Positions 41,171 through 51,780 of a stretch of 64,000 nt of DNA are shown here, piece by piece (position 1 is the first letter of the stretch; each line of letters opens with the position of its first letter). The DNA is from Candidatus Latescibacterota bacterium. Its GTDB lineage: Bacteria; Krumholzibacteriota; Krumholzibacteriia; WVZY01; JAKEHA01. Below the pieces are notes generated by a model. It did no database searches. It saw only the letters and a list, made by a program, of their open reading frames with translations, and had not been told where the DNA came from. Where the stretch lies: assembly GCA_963707635.1 (NCBI GenBank), contig OY970173.1, positions 2,912,001 through 2,976,000 of the forward strand, given 5' to 3'. A program made the position numbers and the translations under genes.

Positions 41171-42098
41171 ATGATAGAAGTTACAAATCTAACCAAAAAC
41201 TTCGGGAAAGTCGAGGCGGTACGCGGGGTTTCCTTCTCCGTGCGCCCCGGCGAGGTGTTCGGCCTGCTGGGTCCCAACGGAGCCGGCAAGTCGACGACCA
41301 TCAACATCCTCTGCGGGCTGGTCGCCGCGTCGTCGGGAAGCGCGCGCGTGGGCGGGTTCGACATCGCCGCCGAGCCGACCCGAGGCCAAGCGCATCCTCG
41401 GCGTCGTGCCCCAGCAGTCCGTCGTCATCGAAGAGTTGAGCGCGCAGGCCAACTGCATGTTCTTCGGGTCGCTCTACGGCGTCGATGCGCGCACGCTGCG
41501 CGAACGCACCCGCACGCTGCTCGACTGGATCGAGCTCTCCGACCACGCGCGCAAGCCTGCGAGTGCGCTGTCGGGCGGGATGCTGCGCCGCCTGACGCTG
41601 GTGCTCGGCATCCTGCACGAACCCAGGGCGCTCATCCTGGACGAGCCCACCACCGGTCTCGACCCGCAGACGCGCCTCTTGCTGCTGGAACGGATTCGAG
41701 AAATCGCCTCGCGCGGCACGGCCGTGCTGCTCACCACCCACCACCTCGAGGAGGCGGAGCGTCTGTGCGACCGCATCGCCATCATCGACGAGGGACGCAT
41801 CGTCAAGGAAGGCACGCTGGAAAGCCTCCGCGCCGAGGTCCAGGACGCGCAGCTGTTCAGCCTGCGCGGAGAGTTCTCGCGCGAGCGCCTGCGCGGCGCG
41901 GTCGCGGCCCTCGCGGGCGCCGAAGTCCTCCTCGACGCTCCCGACGAAGTCGTGGTCTCGGTCCCGACCGGGAGCGGCCTCTCGGGCCGCCTGCTCGAAA
42001 TCGCCGCCTCGCTCGACCACGTCCGGGAAGTGACGATAAAGCCGCCTTCGCTCGAGAGCATGTTCATCCGCCTCACGGGCCGTGAGCTCCGGGAATGA
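41171..42098 (+). CDS. ABC-2 type exporter ATP-binding subunit (~308 aa), +1 frameshift at 41379-41381
   Basis: GPNGAGKS in ORF 41162; LSGG, ILDEPT, TTH and LESMFIRLTG in ORF 41406; the two join if one C of ACCCGAG is removed. Confidence 0.88.
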
Positions 42099-42102
42099 CT
42101 CG

Positions 42103-43353
42103 ATGACGCAGTTTCGCGTGGATTCGGAGGTCGGGAAGCTCCGCAAGGTGCTCGTGCACCGTCCCGACTTGAGTCTGCGCCGACTCACCCCGTCCAATCG
42201 CGAGGAGCTGCTGTTCGACGACGTGCTCTGGGTTCGCAAGGCCCGCGGCGAGCACGACAAGTTCGTCGCGCACCTGGAGCGCCGCGGCGTCGAAGTCTTC
42301 TACCTCGACGACATGCTCGCCGAGGTGCTCAAGAATCCCGAGGCGCGCTCATTCGTGATCGACAAGACCGTCACGCGCCTCACCGTCGGCCCGGCGCTGG
42401 TGAAGGACTTTCGCGCCTACCTGTTCGAAATGGACCCGCGCAGTCTCGCGACGATCCTGATCGGCGGCCTGGCGCGCGCGGAGCTCGACGACAGCCTGCT
42501 GCGCAAGCACTCCCTGACCTTGGTCACCATGGAGACCACCGATTTTCTGCTCCCGCCGCTGCCCAACTCGCTGTTCACGCGCGACGCGTCGTCGTGGATC
42601 TACAACGGCGTCTCGCTCAACCCGATGTACTTCGAGGCCCGGCAGCTGGAAGTCGTCCACGTCGCGGCCGTGTACAACTGGCACCCGATGTTCGCCGACG
42701 CCGATTTCGAGTTCTGGTACCCGGACCAGGACGAGCAGGGCCGCTTCGTGCAGGAGGACTGGGGCCGCGCCTCCCTCGAGGGCGGCGACGTGATGCCGAT
42801 CGGCAACAAGGCAGTGCTGGTCGGGATCGGAGAGCGCACCACCGCGCAGATGGTGGAGCGGCTGGCGCAGTCCCTGTTCCGCGCCGGCGCGGCGGACCGG
42901 GTGATCGCCTGCGTGATGTCGAAGGACCGGGCCCACATGCACCTGGACACCATCTTCACCATGGTCGACCGCGACGCCGTCACCGTCTACCCGCGGGTGT
43001 CGGAACGGATCCGCACCTTCAGCCTCCGGCCCGCCGACAAGAGCGGCCAGACGGAGCTCACGGAAGAAAAGAGCTTTCTCGATGCAGTCGCCGACGCGCT
43101 GGGCGTGCCCAAGCTGCGCGTGATCGGAACCGGCGGCGACGAGTACCAGTCGGAGCGCGAGCAATGGGACGACGGCAACAACCTGCTCGCGATCGAGCCG
43201 GGCGTGGTGGTCGCGTACTCGAAGAACGAATACACGAACAAGCGCCTGCGCAAGGCGGGCATCAAGGTCCTGACCATCGACGGTTCGGAACTCGGCCGGG
43301 GCCGCGGCGGCGGCCATTGCATGACGTGCCCGCTGCTGCGCGATTCGATCTGA
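42103..43353 (+). CDS. arcA: Arginine deiminase
   Basis: [35 protein letters not shown]. Confidence 0.97.
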   Translation: MTQFRVDSEVGKLRKVLVHRPDLSLRRLTPSNREELLFDDVLWVRKARGEHDKFVAHLERRGVEVFYLDDMLAEVLKNPEARSFVIDKTVTRLTVGPALVKDFRAYLFEMDPRSLATILIGGLARAELDDSLLRKHSLTLVTMETTDFLLPPLPNSLFTRDASSWIYNGVSLNPMYFEARQLEVVHVAAVYNWHPMFADADFEFWYPDQDEQGRFVQEDWGRASLEGGDVMPIGNKAVLVGIGERTTAQMVERLAQSLFRAGAADRVIACVMSKDRAHMHLDTIFTMVDRDAVTVYPRVSERIRTFSLRPADKSGQTELTEEKSFLDAVADALGVPKLRVIGTGGDEYQSEREQWDDGNNLLAIEPGVVVAYSKNEYTNKRLRKAGIKVLTIDGSELGRGRGGGHCMTCPLLRDSI

Positions 43354-43360
43354 TTGCCGC

Positions 43361-44272
43361 ATGGAACGACAACGCATCGTGATAGCCCTGGGCGGCAACG
43401 CGCTCCTGAAACGCGGCGAGCCGCTCACGGTGGAGAACCAGCGCCGCAACGTGCGCGCGGCGGCACGCGCGATCGCGCCGGTGACCGAGGGCAACGACAT
43501 CGTCATCTCGCATGGCAACGGCCCGCAGGTCGGATTGCTCGCGCTGCAGTCGGCCGCCTCGGGCCAGCACACGCCGCTCGACGTGCTGGGGGCGGAGACC
43601 GAGGGGATGATCGGCTACATGATCGAGCAGGAGCTGGGCAACCTGGTTCCGTTCGAACGTCCGTTCGCGACCATGCTCACCATGGTCGAAGTGGATCCCC
43701 GCGACCCGGCGTTCACGAATCCGACCAAGCCGATCGGTCCGATGTACACCGAGGACGCCGCCCGCAGCCTCGCCGCCGAACGGGGCTGGAACGTCGCGCC
43801 GGATGGCACCGGCTGGCGGCGAGTGGTACCTTCTCCGCTCCCGCGGCGAATCTTCGAGCTGCGTCCGATCCGCTGGTTGCTCGAGAAGAACACGATCGTC
43901 ATCTGCGCCGGCGGGGGAGGCATCCCGACCGTGTACGACTCCGGCGGCAGCCTCGTCGGAGCCGAGGTCGTGATCGACAAGGATCGCGCCAGCGCCGTGC
44001 TCGCGCGCGAGGTGGAGGCCGACCTGCTGGTCATGGCCACGGACGTGGCGGGCGTGTACGCGGACTGGGGAACGTCGAAGCACCGGCTGCTGCAGCGGGC
44101 CACGGCCACCGAGCTGCGCGCGCTGCGTTTCGCATCCGGGTCGATGGGGCCGAAGGTCGACGCCGCGATCGCGTTCGTCGAGGAGACGGGCGGCCGCGCG
44201 GCCATCGGGTCGCTGCAGGAAATCGGGGAGATCGTGGCCGGCCGCGCTGGGACGTCGGTCGTGCGCGGCTAG
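43361..44272 (+). CDS. arcC: Carbamate kinase
   Basis: [32 protein letters not shown]. Confidence 0.97.
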   Translation: MERQRIVIALGGNALLKRGEPLTVENQRRNVRAAARAIAPVTEGNDIVISHGNGPQVGLLALQSAASGQHTPLDVLGAETEGMIGYMIEQELGNLVPFERPFATMLTMVEVDPRDPAFTNPTKPIGPMYTEDAARSLAAERGWNVAPDGTGWRRVVPSPLPRRIFELRPIRWLLEKNTIVICAGGGGIPTVYDSGGSLVGAEVVIDKDRASAVLAREVEADLLVMATDVAGVYADWGTSKHRLLQRATATELRALRFASGSMGPKVDAAIAFVEETGGRAAIGSLQEIGEIVAGRAGTSVVRG

Positions 44273-44286
44273 GCGCGCGGAGAATC

Positions 44287-45501
44287 ATGCACCTCTTTCG
44301 CATGTACTGGCAGCGTTCCCTTCTGCGGCCGGGCGCCATCCTGCTCTGGCTGTCGATTCCGTTCGTGTTCATGACGATCTATACGCTGGTATTCGGGCGC
44401 GACCCCGGGCAGACCCCGCGCACCAACCTCGCCGTGGTCGACCAGGACAGCTCGTTCGTCTCGCGGCTGGTGAAGGGCGCGTTCGCGCAGGGGCCGATCG
44501 GCGAGATGATCGCCGTCGTGGACGCCAAGGACCTCGGCGAGGTGGACGGCCTCTTCGCGGCGGAGGACGCGTCCGCCGCGCTCGTCATCCCGGACGGATT
44601 CGGCGACCGCCTGCTGCGCGGCGAGCCCGATTCGCTGGTGTTGTATCGGAACCCGCGCCACTTCATCGGGCCGGAGATCGCCGAAGGCGTGGTCGGCAGC
44701 ATGGTGGAGCTCGGCAACGGGCTGCTGGGACAATTCGCGTCGCCGATGAAAGAGGTGCGGGGCTCGCTCGACCGAGATGCCGAGCCGTCGCCGGATGAGA
44801 TCGCGAGCATCTCGAAATCGTTCTACACCGCCGGGCGCGACGCCCGCGGGCTCACGGCGATCCGGAACATCGAGGTCACCGTGGTGCAGAAGGAGGAGGA
44901 CGAGCGGGAGAAGGACTTCAACCTGGCCGCCCTCTTCTTTCCCGGGCTGGTGATGTTCGGCCTGATGTCGGTGTCGCTGCACCTCGAGCATCGCTTTCTC
45001 GTCGACCGCAACCACCACGTCACGCGGCGCATCGTGACCGCCCCGATTTCACCGTGGCAGGTCGTCGTCCAGCAGCGGGTCTATGCCGCTTCCTTCGTGT
45101 ACGTCGTCGGCGTACTGGCCGCCGTGGTGGGGGGACTGGCGTGGCGGATACCGCCGCACGGCCTCGCGACCGCCAACCTGATCACGATGGCGCTCGCGCT
45201 GTTCGTGGCCGGGATCAACGGCGTAATTTTTTCGTTGTCGAACTCGGTGCGCGCGGTCGGCGCCATCAGCTCCCTGGCGATGATCTTCCTGAATATTCTG
45301 GGCGGCGGCTTCTTCCCGGCCGAGTTCACGCCGCCGGCGTTTCAGGCCGTCATCAAGTGGATCCCCACCGGTATGGCCAACCTCGGTCTCACGCATTGTC
45401 TGACCGGGCGCGACGCCGGCATCTCCCTGCCCGTGCTGTTCGCTTACTGCGGGGCCTTCTTCGCCGCCGGAATGCTCGCCGGACGAAGGAGGATCGTGTA
45501 G
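44287..45501 (+). CDS. ABC-2 type permease
   Basis: N-terminal TM, extracytoplasmic domain (AVVDQD), five C-terminal TMs, LGGGFFP. Confidence 0.88.
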   Translation: MHLFRMYWQRSLLRPGAILLWLSIPFVFMTIYTLVFGRDPGQTPRTNLAVVDQDSSFVSRLVKGAFAQGPIGEMIAVVDAKDLGEVDGLFAAEDASAALVIPDGFGDRLLRGEPDSLVLYRNPRHFIGPEIAEGVVGSMVELGNGLLGQFASPMKEVRGSLDRDAEPSPDEIASISKSFYTAGRDARGLTAIRNIEVTVVQKEEDEREKDFNLAALFFPGLVMFGLMSVSLHLEHRFLVDRNHHVTRRIVTAPISPWQVVVQQRVYAASFVYVVGVLAAVVGGLAWRIPPHGLATANLITMALALFVAGINGVIFSLSNSVRAVGAISSLAMIFLNILGGGFFPAEFTPPAFQAVIKWIPTGMANLGLTHCLTGRDAGISLPVLFAYCGAFFAAGMLAGRRRIV

Positions 45502-46605
45502 GTGCAGTTCACGTGGTGGAAGATCGCCCGGCTCGAACTCACGCTGGCCTTTCGCGACCGCGAATCGCTGATGTGGTCGTTGATCGCACCGATCGCGATG
45601 GCGTGGATCTTCGGGTCGATGTTCGATTCGAAACCGCCCGCGCCAACCCGCGTCGCTGTGGACGGCGGCGCCAACCCCGCGTTCGTGAGCCGGGCGGTCG
45701 CCGACTTCCTGACCGCCGGCGGCATGGTGGTGGACGACGACGGCATCCGCGTCGTCCTGCCGGACAGCCTGCTGGACCGCCTCGCTGACGGCCGCAAGGC
45801 CGACGTGCGCGTGATCCAGGGAGACGCCCCGGACGTGCAGGCCCGCTCGATCAGCGCGCGCATGCGCCAGGCCGTCTATCGGCTTGCGTTTCGCGCGCCG
45901 GCGTTGCAGCGCGCGCCCGCGGACAGCGCCGCGCTGGACATGGGTTCGAGCGGACCGCTGGCCCTCGCGACCTCGACGCTCGGCAGCGCCCCGCGCGTCG
46001 CCAGCGGCAAGGAGCGCCAGCTGCCCGCGATGCTCATCATGTTCATCATGTTCCAGGTGATGACGTTCTTCCTGACGCTGTGGGTTGAAGACTTGCGTAC
46101 AGGCAAAATCAAGCGCATCGTCATGAGTCCGACCCGGCCGCGCGATCTGCTCGCCGGCCAGCTCGTCGCCCGGATGGTGTGGGCGTCGTTGCAGGTCGTC
46201 GTCATCCTCGGGGTCGGCTCGCTGGTGATGGGTGTGCGCCTCAACGTCCCGTGGGTGGGCTTCGGGGCCGTCATCGCCGCGTTCATGCTGACGGCGGCGT
46301 CGATCGGCATGCTGCTCGGGTCGTGCTTCAAGACCAGCGAGAAGGCCAACGCCGTCGGCGTGATCGTGTCGCTGGTGATGGCGGCGCTGGGCGGGTGCTG
46401 GTGGCCGATCGAGATCGTCCCCGGCGCGATGCGGGCGGTGGCCCGCGTGCTGCCGACGGGGCAGGCCATGGAGGCCATCGGGAACCTGATGGCGGTCGGG
46501 CCGGACGCGCCGTTCCCGTTGGTCAACGTCTTGATCCTCGTCGTCATGACGGCCGTCGTCCTGCCGGTCGCGGTCCGTCGGTTGAAGGCGCAGCTCGTCG
46601 GGTAA
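45502..46605 (+). CDS. ABC-2 type permease
   Basis: Same architecture; LGGCWWP. Confidence 0.88.
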   Translation: MQFTWWKIARLELTLAFRDRESLMWSLIAPIAMAWIFGSMFDSKPPAPTRVAVDGGANPAFVSRAVADFLTAGGMVVDDDGIRVVLPDSLLDRLADGRKADVRVIQGDAPDVQARSISARMRQAVYRLAFRAPALQRAPADSAALDMGSSGPLALATSTLGSAPRVASGKERQLPAMLIMFIMFQVMTFFLTLWVEDLRTGKIKRIVMSPTRPRDLLAGQLVARMVWASLQVVVILGVGSLVMGVRLNVPWVGFGAVIAAFMLTAASIGMLLGSCFKTSEKANAVGVIVSLVMAALGGCWWPIEIVPGAMRAVARVLPTGQAMEAIGNLMAVGPDAPFPLVNVLILVVMTAVVLPVAVRRLKAQLVG

Positions 46606-46634
46606 CCGGGCCGCGCAGGAACAAGGAGACGCCA

Positions 46635-48290
46635 ATGCGTGTCATGAGAATCGTCGCGTGCCTCGTGCTCGCGGGCGCGGGCGCCGCCAGCATGCGCGCC
46701 GCCGCGGACGACGAGTTGATCTCGCAGGAACGCATGCGCCATCACATCGAATTTCTCGCGTCGGATGACCTGGCCGGCCGCGCACCGGGCACGCCGGGGG
46801 AGAAGACGGCGGTCGCCTACCTCGCACGCACGCTGAAGGAAATGGGCTGCGAACCGGGCAACCCGAACGGCGCGTTCACGCAGCCGGTCCCGCTCTTCGG
46901 GTTCACCGTCACCAATGCGCCTTCCTTCGACCTCAAGAAGACCGACGGCGCGGCGGTGAGGTCGCTTTCCAGCGGGAGCGAGTTCGTCGGGTGGACGCTC
47001 CACCAGGGCGCCGGCACGAGCGTGAAGGACGCCGAGCTCGTGTTCGTCGGCTACGGCGTGGAAGCGCCCGAATACGCGTGGAACGACTATAAGGACGTGG
47101 ATGTGCGCGGCAAGATCATCGTGATGCTGGTGAACGACCCTCCCCTGGCGGACTCGTTGCTCTTTGGCGGGCGGGCGATGACCTACTACGGGCGCTGGAC
47201 CTACAAGTTCGAGAAGGCGGCCGAGAAGGGCGCGGCAGGCGCCGTGCTGGTGCATACGACCACCGACGCCGGCTATCCGTGGGCGGTGGTGGAGAACAGC
47301 TGGTCGGGCGAGCAGTTCGACGTGGTCCGCGCGGACCTGGGCGCATCGCGCTGCAGCTTCGAATCCTGGGTGACCGAGGACGCCGCCCGGGCGATGTTTG
47401 CGGCTACCGGACGTTCGCTCGATGCGGCGCGGCTCCAGGCGACGTCACCCGACTTTCGCCCGTACTCGATCGGGCTGCTGGGATCGGTCGAGGTGAAACT
47501 GCGTTCCCGCATCATCACGTCGTCCAATGTCGTCGCCCGACTGCCCGGCACGGACAAGAGCCACGCGGACGAGACGATCGTGTACACCGCGCACTGGGAC
47601 CACCTCGGCATCGGCAAGCCGGCCGACGGGGATTCCATCTACAACGGCGCTATCGACAACGCGTCGGGGGTGGCGGGCGTGCTCGAGATCGCGCACGCGC
47701 TCGCGGCCCGGCGCGCCGAGCTGCATCGCTCCGTGCTTTTCCTGTTCACGACCGGAGAAGAAAGTGGCCTGCTCGGCTCGACGCACTACACCAACCAGCC
47801 GCTCTTTCCGCTGGAAAAGACCATCGCGGAGATCAACGTGGACGCGCTCAACGTCTGGGGTCGAACCGAAGAGATGATCGTGGTCGGCTTCGGACAGTCC
47901 GACCTCGATCAGATGCTGGCCGAAGCAAACGCGCCGCTCCAGCGGCGCGTCGAGCCGGACGGCGAACCCGAGAAAGGGTATTACTACCGCTCGGATCACT
48001 TCCCCTTCGCCAGGATGGGGGTGCCCTCGCTCTACTCCGACAGCGGTGTCGAGCACCGGGGCCGGCCCAAGGGCTGGGGTGCGGAGCGGCGCCGGGAATA
48101 CGTGGCGCAACGCTACCACAAGCCCCAGGACGAGTACGACGCGACCTGGGACCTGTCGGGAGCGGCGGAGGACATGGAAGCGCTGTTCCGCGTGGGCTAT
48201 CTGCTGGCGACCACGGATCGCACACCGCAGTGGAGCGACAAGAGTGAATTCAAGCGCGTGCGCGACGAGATGCTCCGCGGTGGAGAGTGA
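46635..48290 (+). CDS. Secreted M28 family peptidase with PA domain
   Basis: Signal peptide; FVGYG, AHWDH, GAIDNASG, GEESGLLGS, RSDH, YHKPQD. Confidence 0.93.
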   Translation: MRVMRIVACLVLAGAGAASMRAAADDELISQERMRHHIEFLASDDLAGRAPGTPGEKTAVAYLARTLKEMGCEPGNPNGAFTQPVPLFGFTVTNAPSFDLKKTDGAAVRSLSSGSEFVGWTLHQGAGTSVKDAELVFVGYGVEAPEYAWNDYKDVDVRGKIIVMLVNDPPLADSLLFGGRAMTYYGRWTYKFEKAAEKGAAGAVLVHTTTDAGYPWAVVENSWSGEQFDVVRADLGASRCSFESWVTEDAARAMFAATGRSLDAARLQATSPDFRPYSIGLLGSVEVKLRSRIITSSNVVARLPGTDKSHADETIVYTAHWDHLGIGKPADGDSIYNGAIDNASGVAGVLEIAHALAARRAELHRSVLFLFTTGEESGLLGSTHYTNQPLFPLEKTIAEINVDALNVWGRTEEMIVVGFGQSDLDQMLAEANAPLQRRVEPDGEPEKGYYYRSDHFPFARMGVPSLYSDSGVEHRGRPKGWGAERRREYVAQRYHKPQDEYDATWDLSGAAEDMEALFRVGYLLATTDRTPQWSDKSEFKRVRDEMLRGGE

Positions 48291-48380
48291 GCTGACCGTA
48301 CCGCGAATCCAGGCTCGAGCGGGTGGCGCCGACGGGCTGTCGGCGACAGGACCCGCGGAGCCGACAGGACCCGCGGGGGT

Positions 48381-49232
48381 CTACTGACTCATCGCCAGAA
48401 CGCGCGCGTTTTCTTCCAGCTTGATCTCCGCCATCGCGAAGCCCGCGTTCACCGCGGCGTCTAGCTTCGAATAGTCTTCGATCTTGAGGTCCGGTGAAAG
48501 TGACGGGCGAATCAGCACCTCGGGCGGGTTGAGCGACAGCCGAATCGAATTGAGAGGCGCCTGCGGGATGTCGATCGCCTTCATCATCATTTCGAACAGG
48601 AGCGGTCGCTTGCCCTCCAGCAGCGGCTTGCGCAACTTCTCCCACAACGAGCGCTCGTCGGTAAACACCAGCTCACGGTCCGCCGGCGCGCTGGTGTCGA
48701 CCGCCACCACCGGGGCCGTCGTCAGGGTTCGAATCACGTCGACCGGGAGATTGTTGAGGAGCGCTCCATCGACCAGCACCCTTCCGCGGTGACGCACGGC
48801 CGCAAACAGTCCGGGCAACGCGCTGGTCGCGCGCAACGCGGGCAACAGTTCGCCCTCGTTCAAGACCACCAGCTTGCCGCGCTGCACGTCGACCGAGGTC
48901 ACGCTCAGCGGGAGGGCGAGCTCTTCGAACGTGCCCGGGAGGTACTTCTCCAGGTGGCGCGTGATTCCCCGCCCGCCGATCAGTCCACCCATGCGGCCCG
49001 GGTCGAGGAGGCGTATCACGTCGAAGCCGCGGAAGATCTCGTGAATGCGCTCGGATCCGTAGCCGGCGGCGTGCAGCGCGCCGATGATCCCGCCCATCGA
49101 ACACCCCGCGACGGCCGTGACCTCGAAGCCGCGCCCCTCCAGCGAGCGCAGCACGCCGATGTGGGCAAACCCGCGCGCGCCGCCGCCGCCGAGCACGAGT
49201 CCTATTTTCAGCTTCGCGGTTTCGGAACCCAT
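48381..49232 (-). CDS. Patatin-like phospholipase
   Basis: GGGGARG, GCSMG, DGA. Confidence 0.92.
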   Translation of the reverse strand: MGSETAKLKIGLVLGGGGARGFAHIGVLRSLEGRGFEVTAVAGCSMGGIIGALHAAGYGSERIHEIFRGFDVIRLLDPGRMGGLIGGRGITRHLEKYLPGTFEELALPLSVTSVDVQRGKLVVLNEGELLPALRATSALPGLFAAVRHRGRVLVDGALLNNLPVDVIRTLTTAPVVAVDTSAPADRELVFTDERSLWEKLRKPLLEGKRPLLFEMMMKAIDIPQAPLNSIRLSLNPPEVLIRPSLSPDLKIEDYSKLDAAVNAGFAMAEIKLEENARVLAMSQ

Positions 49233-49243
49233 GGAGTCCCGAT

Positions 49244-49272
49244 AGTGTGGCGACGAAACGCGGCGCTGTCAA
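49244..49272 (-). promoter_or_regulatory. Sigma70-like promoter for the patatin gene
   Basis: Minus strand TTGACA-N17-CACACT, 11 nt before the ATG. Confidence 0.5.
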
Positions 49273-49370
49273 ACTCCCCTCGCGGGTGCGGCTCTGTTTT
49301 CCCTTGCGCGGCCTTCCCGCGCTTTGCTACTGTCGGTCTCCCGGGCCGGGGACCGCAGTTCCCCCTTTCG

Positions 49371-49916
49371 ATGCAAGCAAGTCTCCTGTTGGGATTGGGC
49401 CTCGCTGCCCTTGCGGCGTGTTCGTCGGTCGAGGTGCACAACGACTTCGACGTCGAAGCGAACTTCGCCGCCTACCATACCTATGCGTGGATTCCTCAGC
49501 CGGTGAACGCCACCGGGAGCGTGAAGTCCGCACAGGAGCGCAATACGCTGCTGGACAAGCGCATCCGCAGCGCGGTCGATGCGCAGATGGCCGCCAGGGG
49601 GTTTCGCGTCGACGCATCGGCCCCCGACCTGCTCGTGGTCTATCACACGGGCCTCGCCGACAAGGTATCCGTGACCGACTGGGGTTACACCTACGCGGGC
49701 AACTACTGGGGATGGGCCGGACGCGACATCGACGTGTCCACGTACACGGAAGGGACGCTCATCGTCGACCTGGTCGAGGTGGCCAGCAAGGAACTGGTGT
49801 GGCGGGGTTCCGCGACCGGCACGGTGGATCCGTCCGCTTCTCCGGAGAAACGCGAACAGCGCCTGAACGACGCGGTCGCACGCATGTTCGAGAAGTATCC
49901 ACCGCATCAAGACTAG
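49371..49916 (+). CDS. DUF4136-like lipoprotein
   Basis: Lipobox LAAC; FAAYHTYAW, YTEGTLIVDL, LVWRG, MFEKYPP; start approximate. Confidence 0.8.
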   Translation: MQASLLLGLGLAALAACSSVEVHNDFDVEANFAAYHTYAWIPQPVNATGSVKSAQERNTLLDKRIRSAVDAQMAARGFRVDASAPDLLVVYHTGLADKVSVTDWGYTYAGNYWGWAGRDIDVSTYTEGTLIVDLVEVASKELVWRGSATGTVDPSASPEKREQRLNDAVARMFEKYPPHQD

Positions 49917-49956
49917 CGGCGAATCGACAGCCAACCACCCGCAGACGAGGTTCCGA

Positions 49957-50598
49957 ATGATTCGCAGACTGGCAGCATGGGTCGTCGTCGTCCTGGCCGT
50001 ATCCGCCACCGGCGCCGCCGCGCAGCAGATGAAGGTGTACCGCTACAACGACCGCGCCGCCAGCCGTTTCGAAGTCGTCCCCTTCGGCGGATACGTCTGG
50101 TCGTTCGGGAAGGATTTCTATTACTCCGCTGCGGGGCAACTCGACTTCAAGGACACGGGCTACTTCGGCGTGAGCCTCGACGTCGGCGTCCACCCGGGCA
50201 CCCAGCTCCGGCTGCTGTACCGGCGGCAGGATACCGAGCTCGAATTCCGCACCGTCTTGAATCTACAGACGGTCACCGGCGCGATCGAGTACTGGCACAT
50301 CGGCGGCCTCACCGGCGTACAACGCGGCAACGTGCTACCCTACGGAATGCTCACCCTCGGTGGCACCCGCTACCTCGCGCAGGACGACGACGTGTGGAAG
50401 TTTTCCATGATCTTCGGCCTCGGGGCCAAGATCTACGCCAGCGGCAAGTTCGGCCTCCAGATTCAGGGCAGCCTCCCGTTCACCTTTGTCGACGGCGGCG
50501 GCTCGATCAGTTGCGGCGGGGGAGGTTGCTTCAGCTCGGTGGGGGGAACCGGCCTCGGCCAGATCGACGTCAGTGGTGGTCTCATTATCGGTCTCTAA
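49957..50598 (+). CDS. Small outer-membrane beta-barrel protein
   Basis: Signal peptide; FEVVPFGGY and alternating strands. Confidence 0.7.
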   Translation: MIRRLAAWVVVVLAVSATGAAAQQMKVYRYNDRAASRFEVVPFGGYVWSFGKDFYYSAAGQLDFKDTGYFGVSLDVGVHPGTQLRLLYRRQDTELEFRTVLNLQTVTGAIEYWHIGGLTGVQRGNVLPYGMLTLGGTRYLAQDDDVWKFSMIFGLGAKIYASGKFGLQIQGSLPFTFVDGGGSISCGGGGCFSSVGGTGLGQIDVSGGLIIGL

Positions 50599-50620
50599 AC
50601 CTCGAAAAGGAGTCAAACGC

Positions 50621-51085
50621 ATGTTGAAGAGAATCGTTCTATTGCTGTCTTTCCTGTCCGTCGTGGGTGCGACCGCGCCGAGCTTCGCGCAGGCGGACCT
50701 GGTCGAGCTGATGCGTTCGGACCTGCGCACGCAGAAGAAAGCCATCCTCACCCAGGCCATGCAGTTGACCGAGGCGCAGTCCGAGGCGTTCTGGCCGGTC
50801 TACAACGAATACGAAGGGGAGCTCATGAAGCTCAACGATGCCCGCCTGGCGCTCATCAAGGACTACGCGTCCAACTACAGCACGATGACCGACGCGGTCG
50901 CGAAGGACCTGGTCAAGCGTTCGTTCAAGTGGCAGGAGGGAAACACCAAGCTGCTGAAGAAGTACTATGGGAAAATGGAGAAGGCGTTGTCGCCGATCGT
51001 CGCGGCGCGCTGGGTCCAGGCCGAGCACGCCATCGACGCCATGATCGACGTCCAGGTCGCGTCGGAAATTCCGCTGATGCCGTAG
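50621..51085 (+). CDS. Conserved secreted alpha-helical hypothetical protein
   Basis: AGGAG SD; signal peptide; LTEAQSEAFWPVYNEY motif. Confidence 0.75.
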   Translation: MLKRIVLLLSFLSVVGATAPSFAQADLVELMRSDLRTQKKAILTQAMQLTEAQSEAFWPVYNEYEGELMKLNDARLALIKDYASNYSTMTDAVAKDLVKRSFKWQEGNTKLLKKYYGKMEKALSPIVAARWVQAEHAIDAMIDVQVASEIPLMP

Positions 51086-51110
51086 TCGTTCCAGTGAACC
51101 AGGAGTGGGC

Positions 51111-51764
51111 ATGAACGGCCTCGCACGGACACTCGCCCGCGTCGCGGCGTGCGCGGCGGCAGCCGGGTTCGCCGTCCTGATGGCGTCCTGCACGCCGGGG
51201 TCCGAGATCACCGCGGCCGAGTCGGACCTCGTGGCGACTCGGTACGAAGGGGCGTTCGACTTCGGAGCGGTCCAGAGCTATGCGCTTCCGGATTCCATCG
51301 TACACATCACGGGGGATACCACCGACGCCGACTCGCGGCTCCTCTCCCGCGACTACGACGATGAAATCATCGCGCAAGTTGCCGGCGAGCTGGACGCTCT
51401 GGGGTGGACGCGGGTCACGGACCCGGGCACGGCGGATATGGTCGTACTCGTGGGAGCCACCGCGCGGGTCGATCTCGCGTCCTATTCTCCCTGGTACGGG
51501 TACTGGGGCTGGTATTACCCGTACCCGGGCGGGTGGGGCTGGTATTACCCGTATCCGGTGGTGTCGTACAACTACACGATCGGCACGCTCGTGATTCTCA
51601 TGAGCGATCCGGATTCGGCCGACCCGAATACCGAGACCTACGAGGTACCATGGGTGGCCGCGATCAACGGCGTTTTGGACGACGCCACCGCCGACAAGCA
51701 GGCTCGGATTTCACACGGCATTGCACAGGCCTTCGATCAGTCGCCCTACTTGTCGGGCGACTAG
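51111..51764 (+). CDS. DUF4136-like lipoprotein
   Basis: Lipobox MASC; W/Y/G-rich loop; YTIGTLVI; QAFDQSPYL. Confidence 0.78.
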   Translation: MNGLARTLARVAACAAAAGFAVLMASCTPGSEITAAESDLVATRYEGAFDFGAVQSYALPDSIVHITGDTTDADSRLLSRDYDDEIIAQVAGELDALGWTRVTDPGTADMVVLVGATARVDLASYSPWYGYWGWYYPYPGGWGWYYPYPVVSYNYTIGTLVILMSDPDSADPNTETYEVPWVAAINGVLDDATADKQARISHGIAQAFDQSPYLSGD

Positions 51765-51780
51765 CCGGACGGAGACCCCG

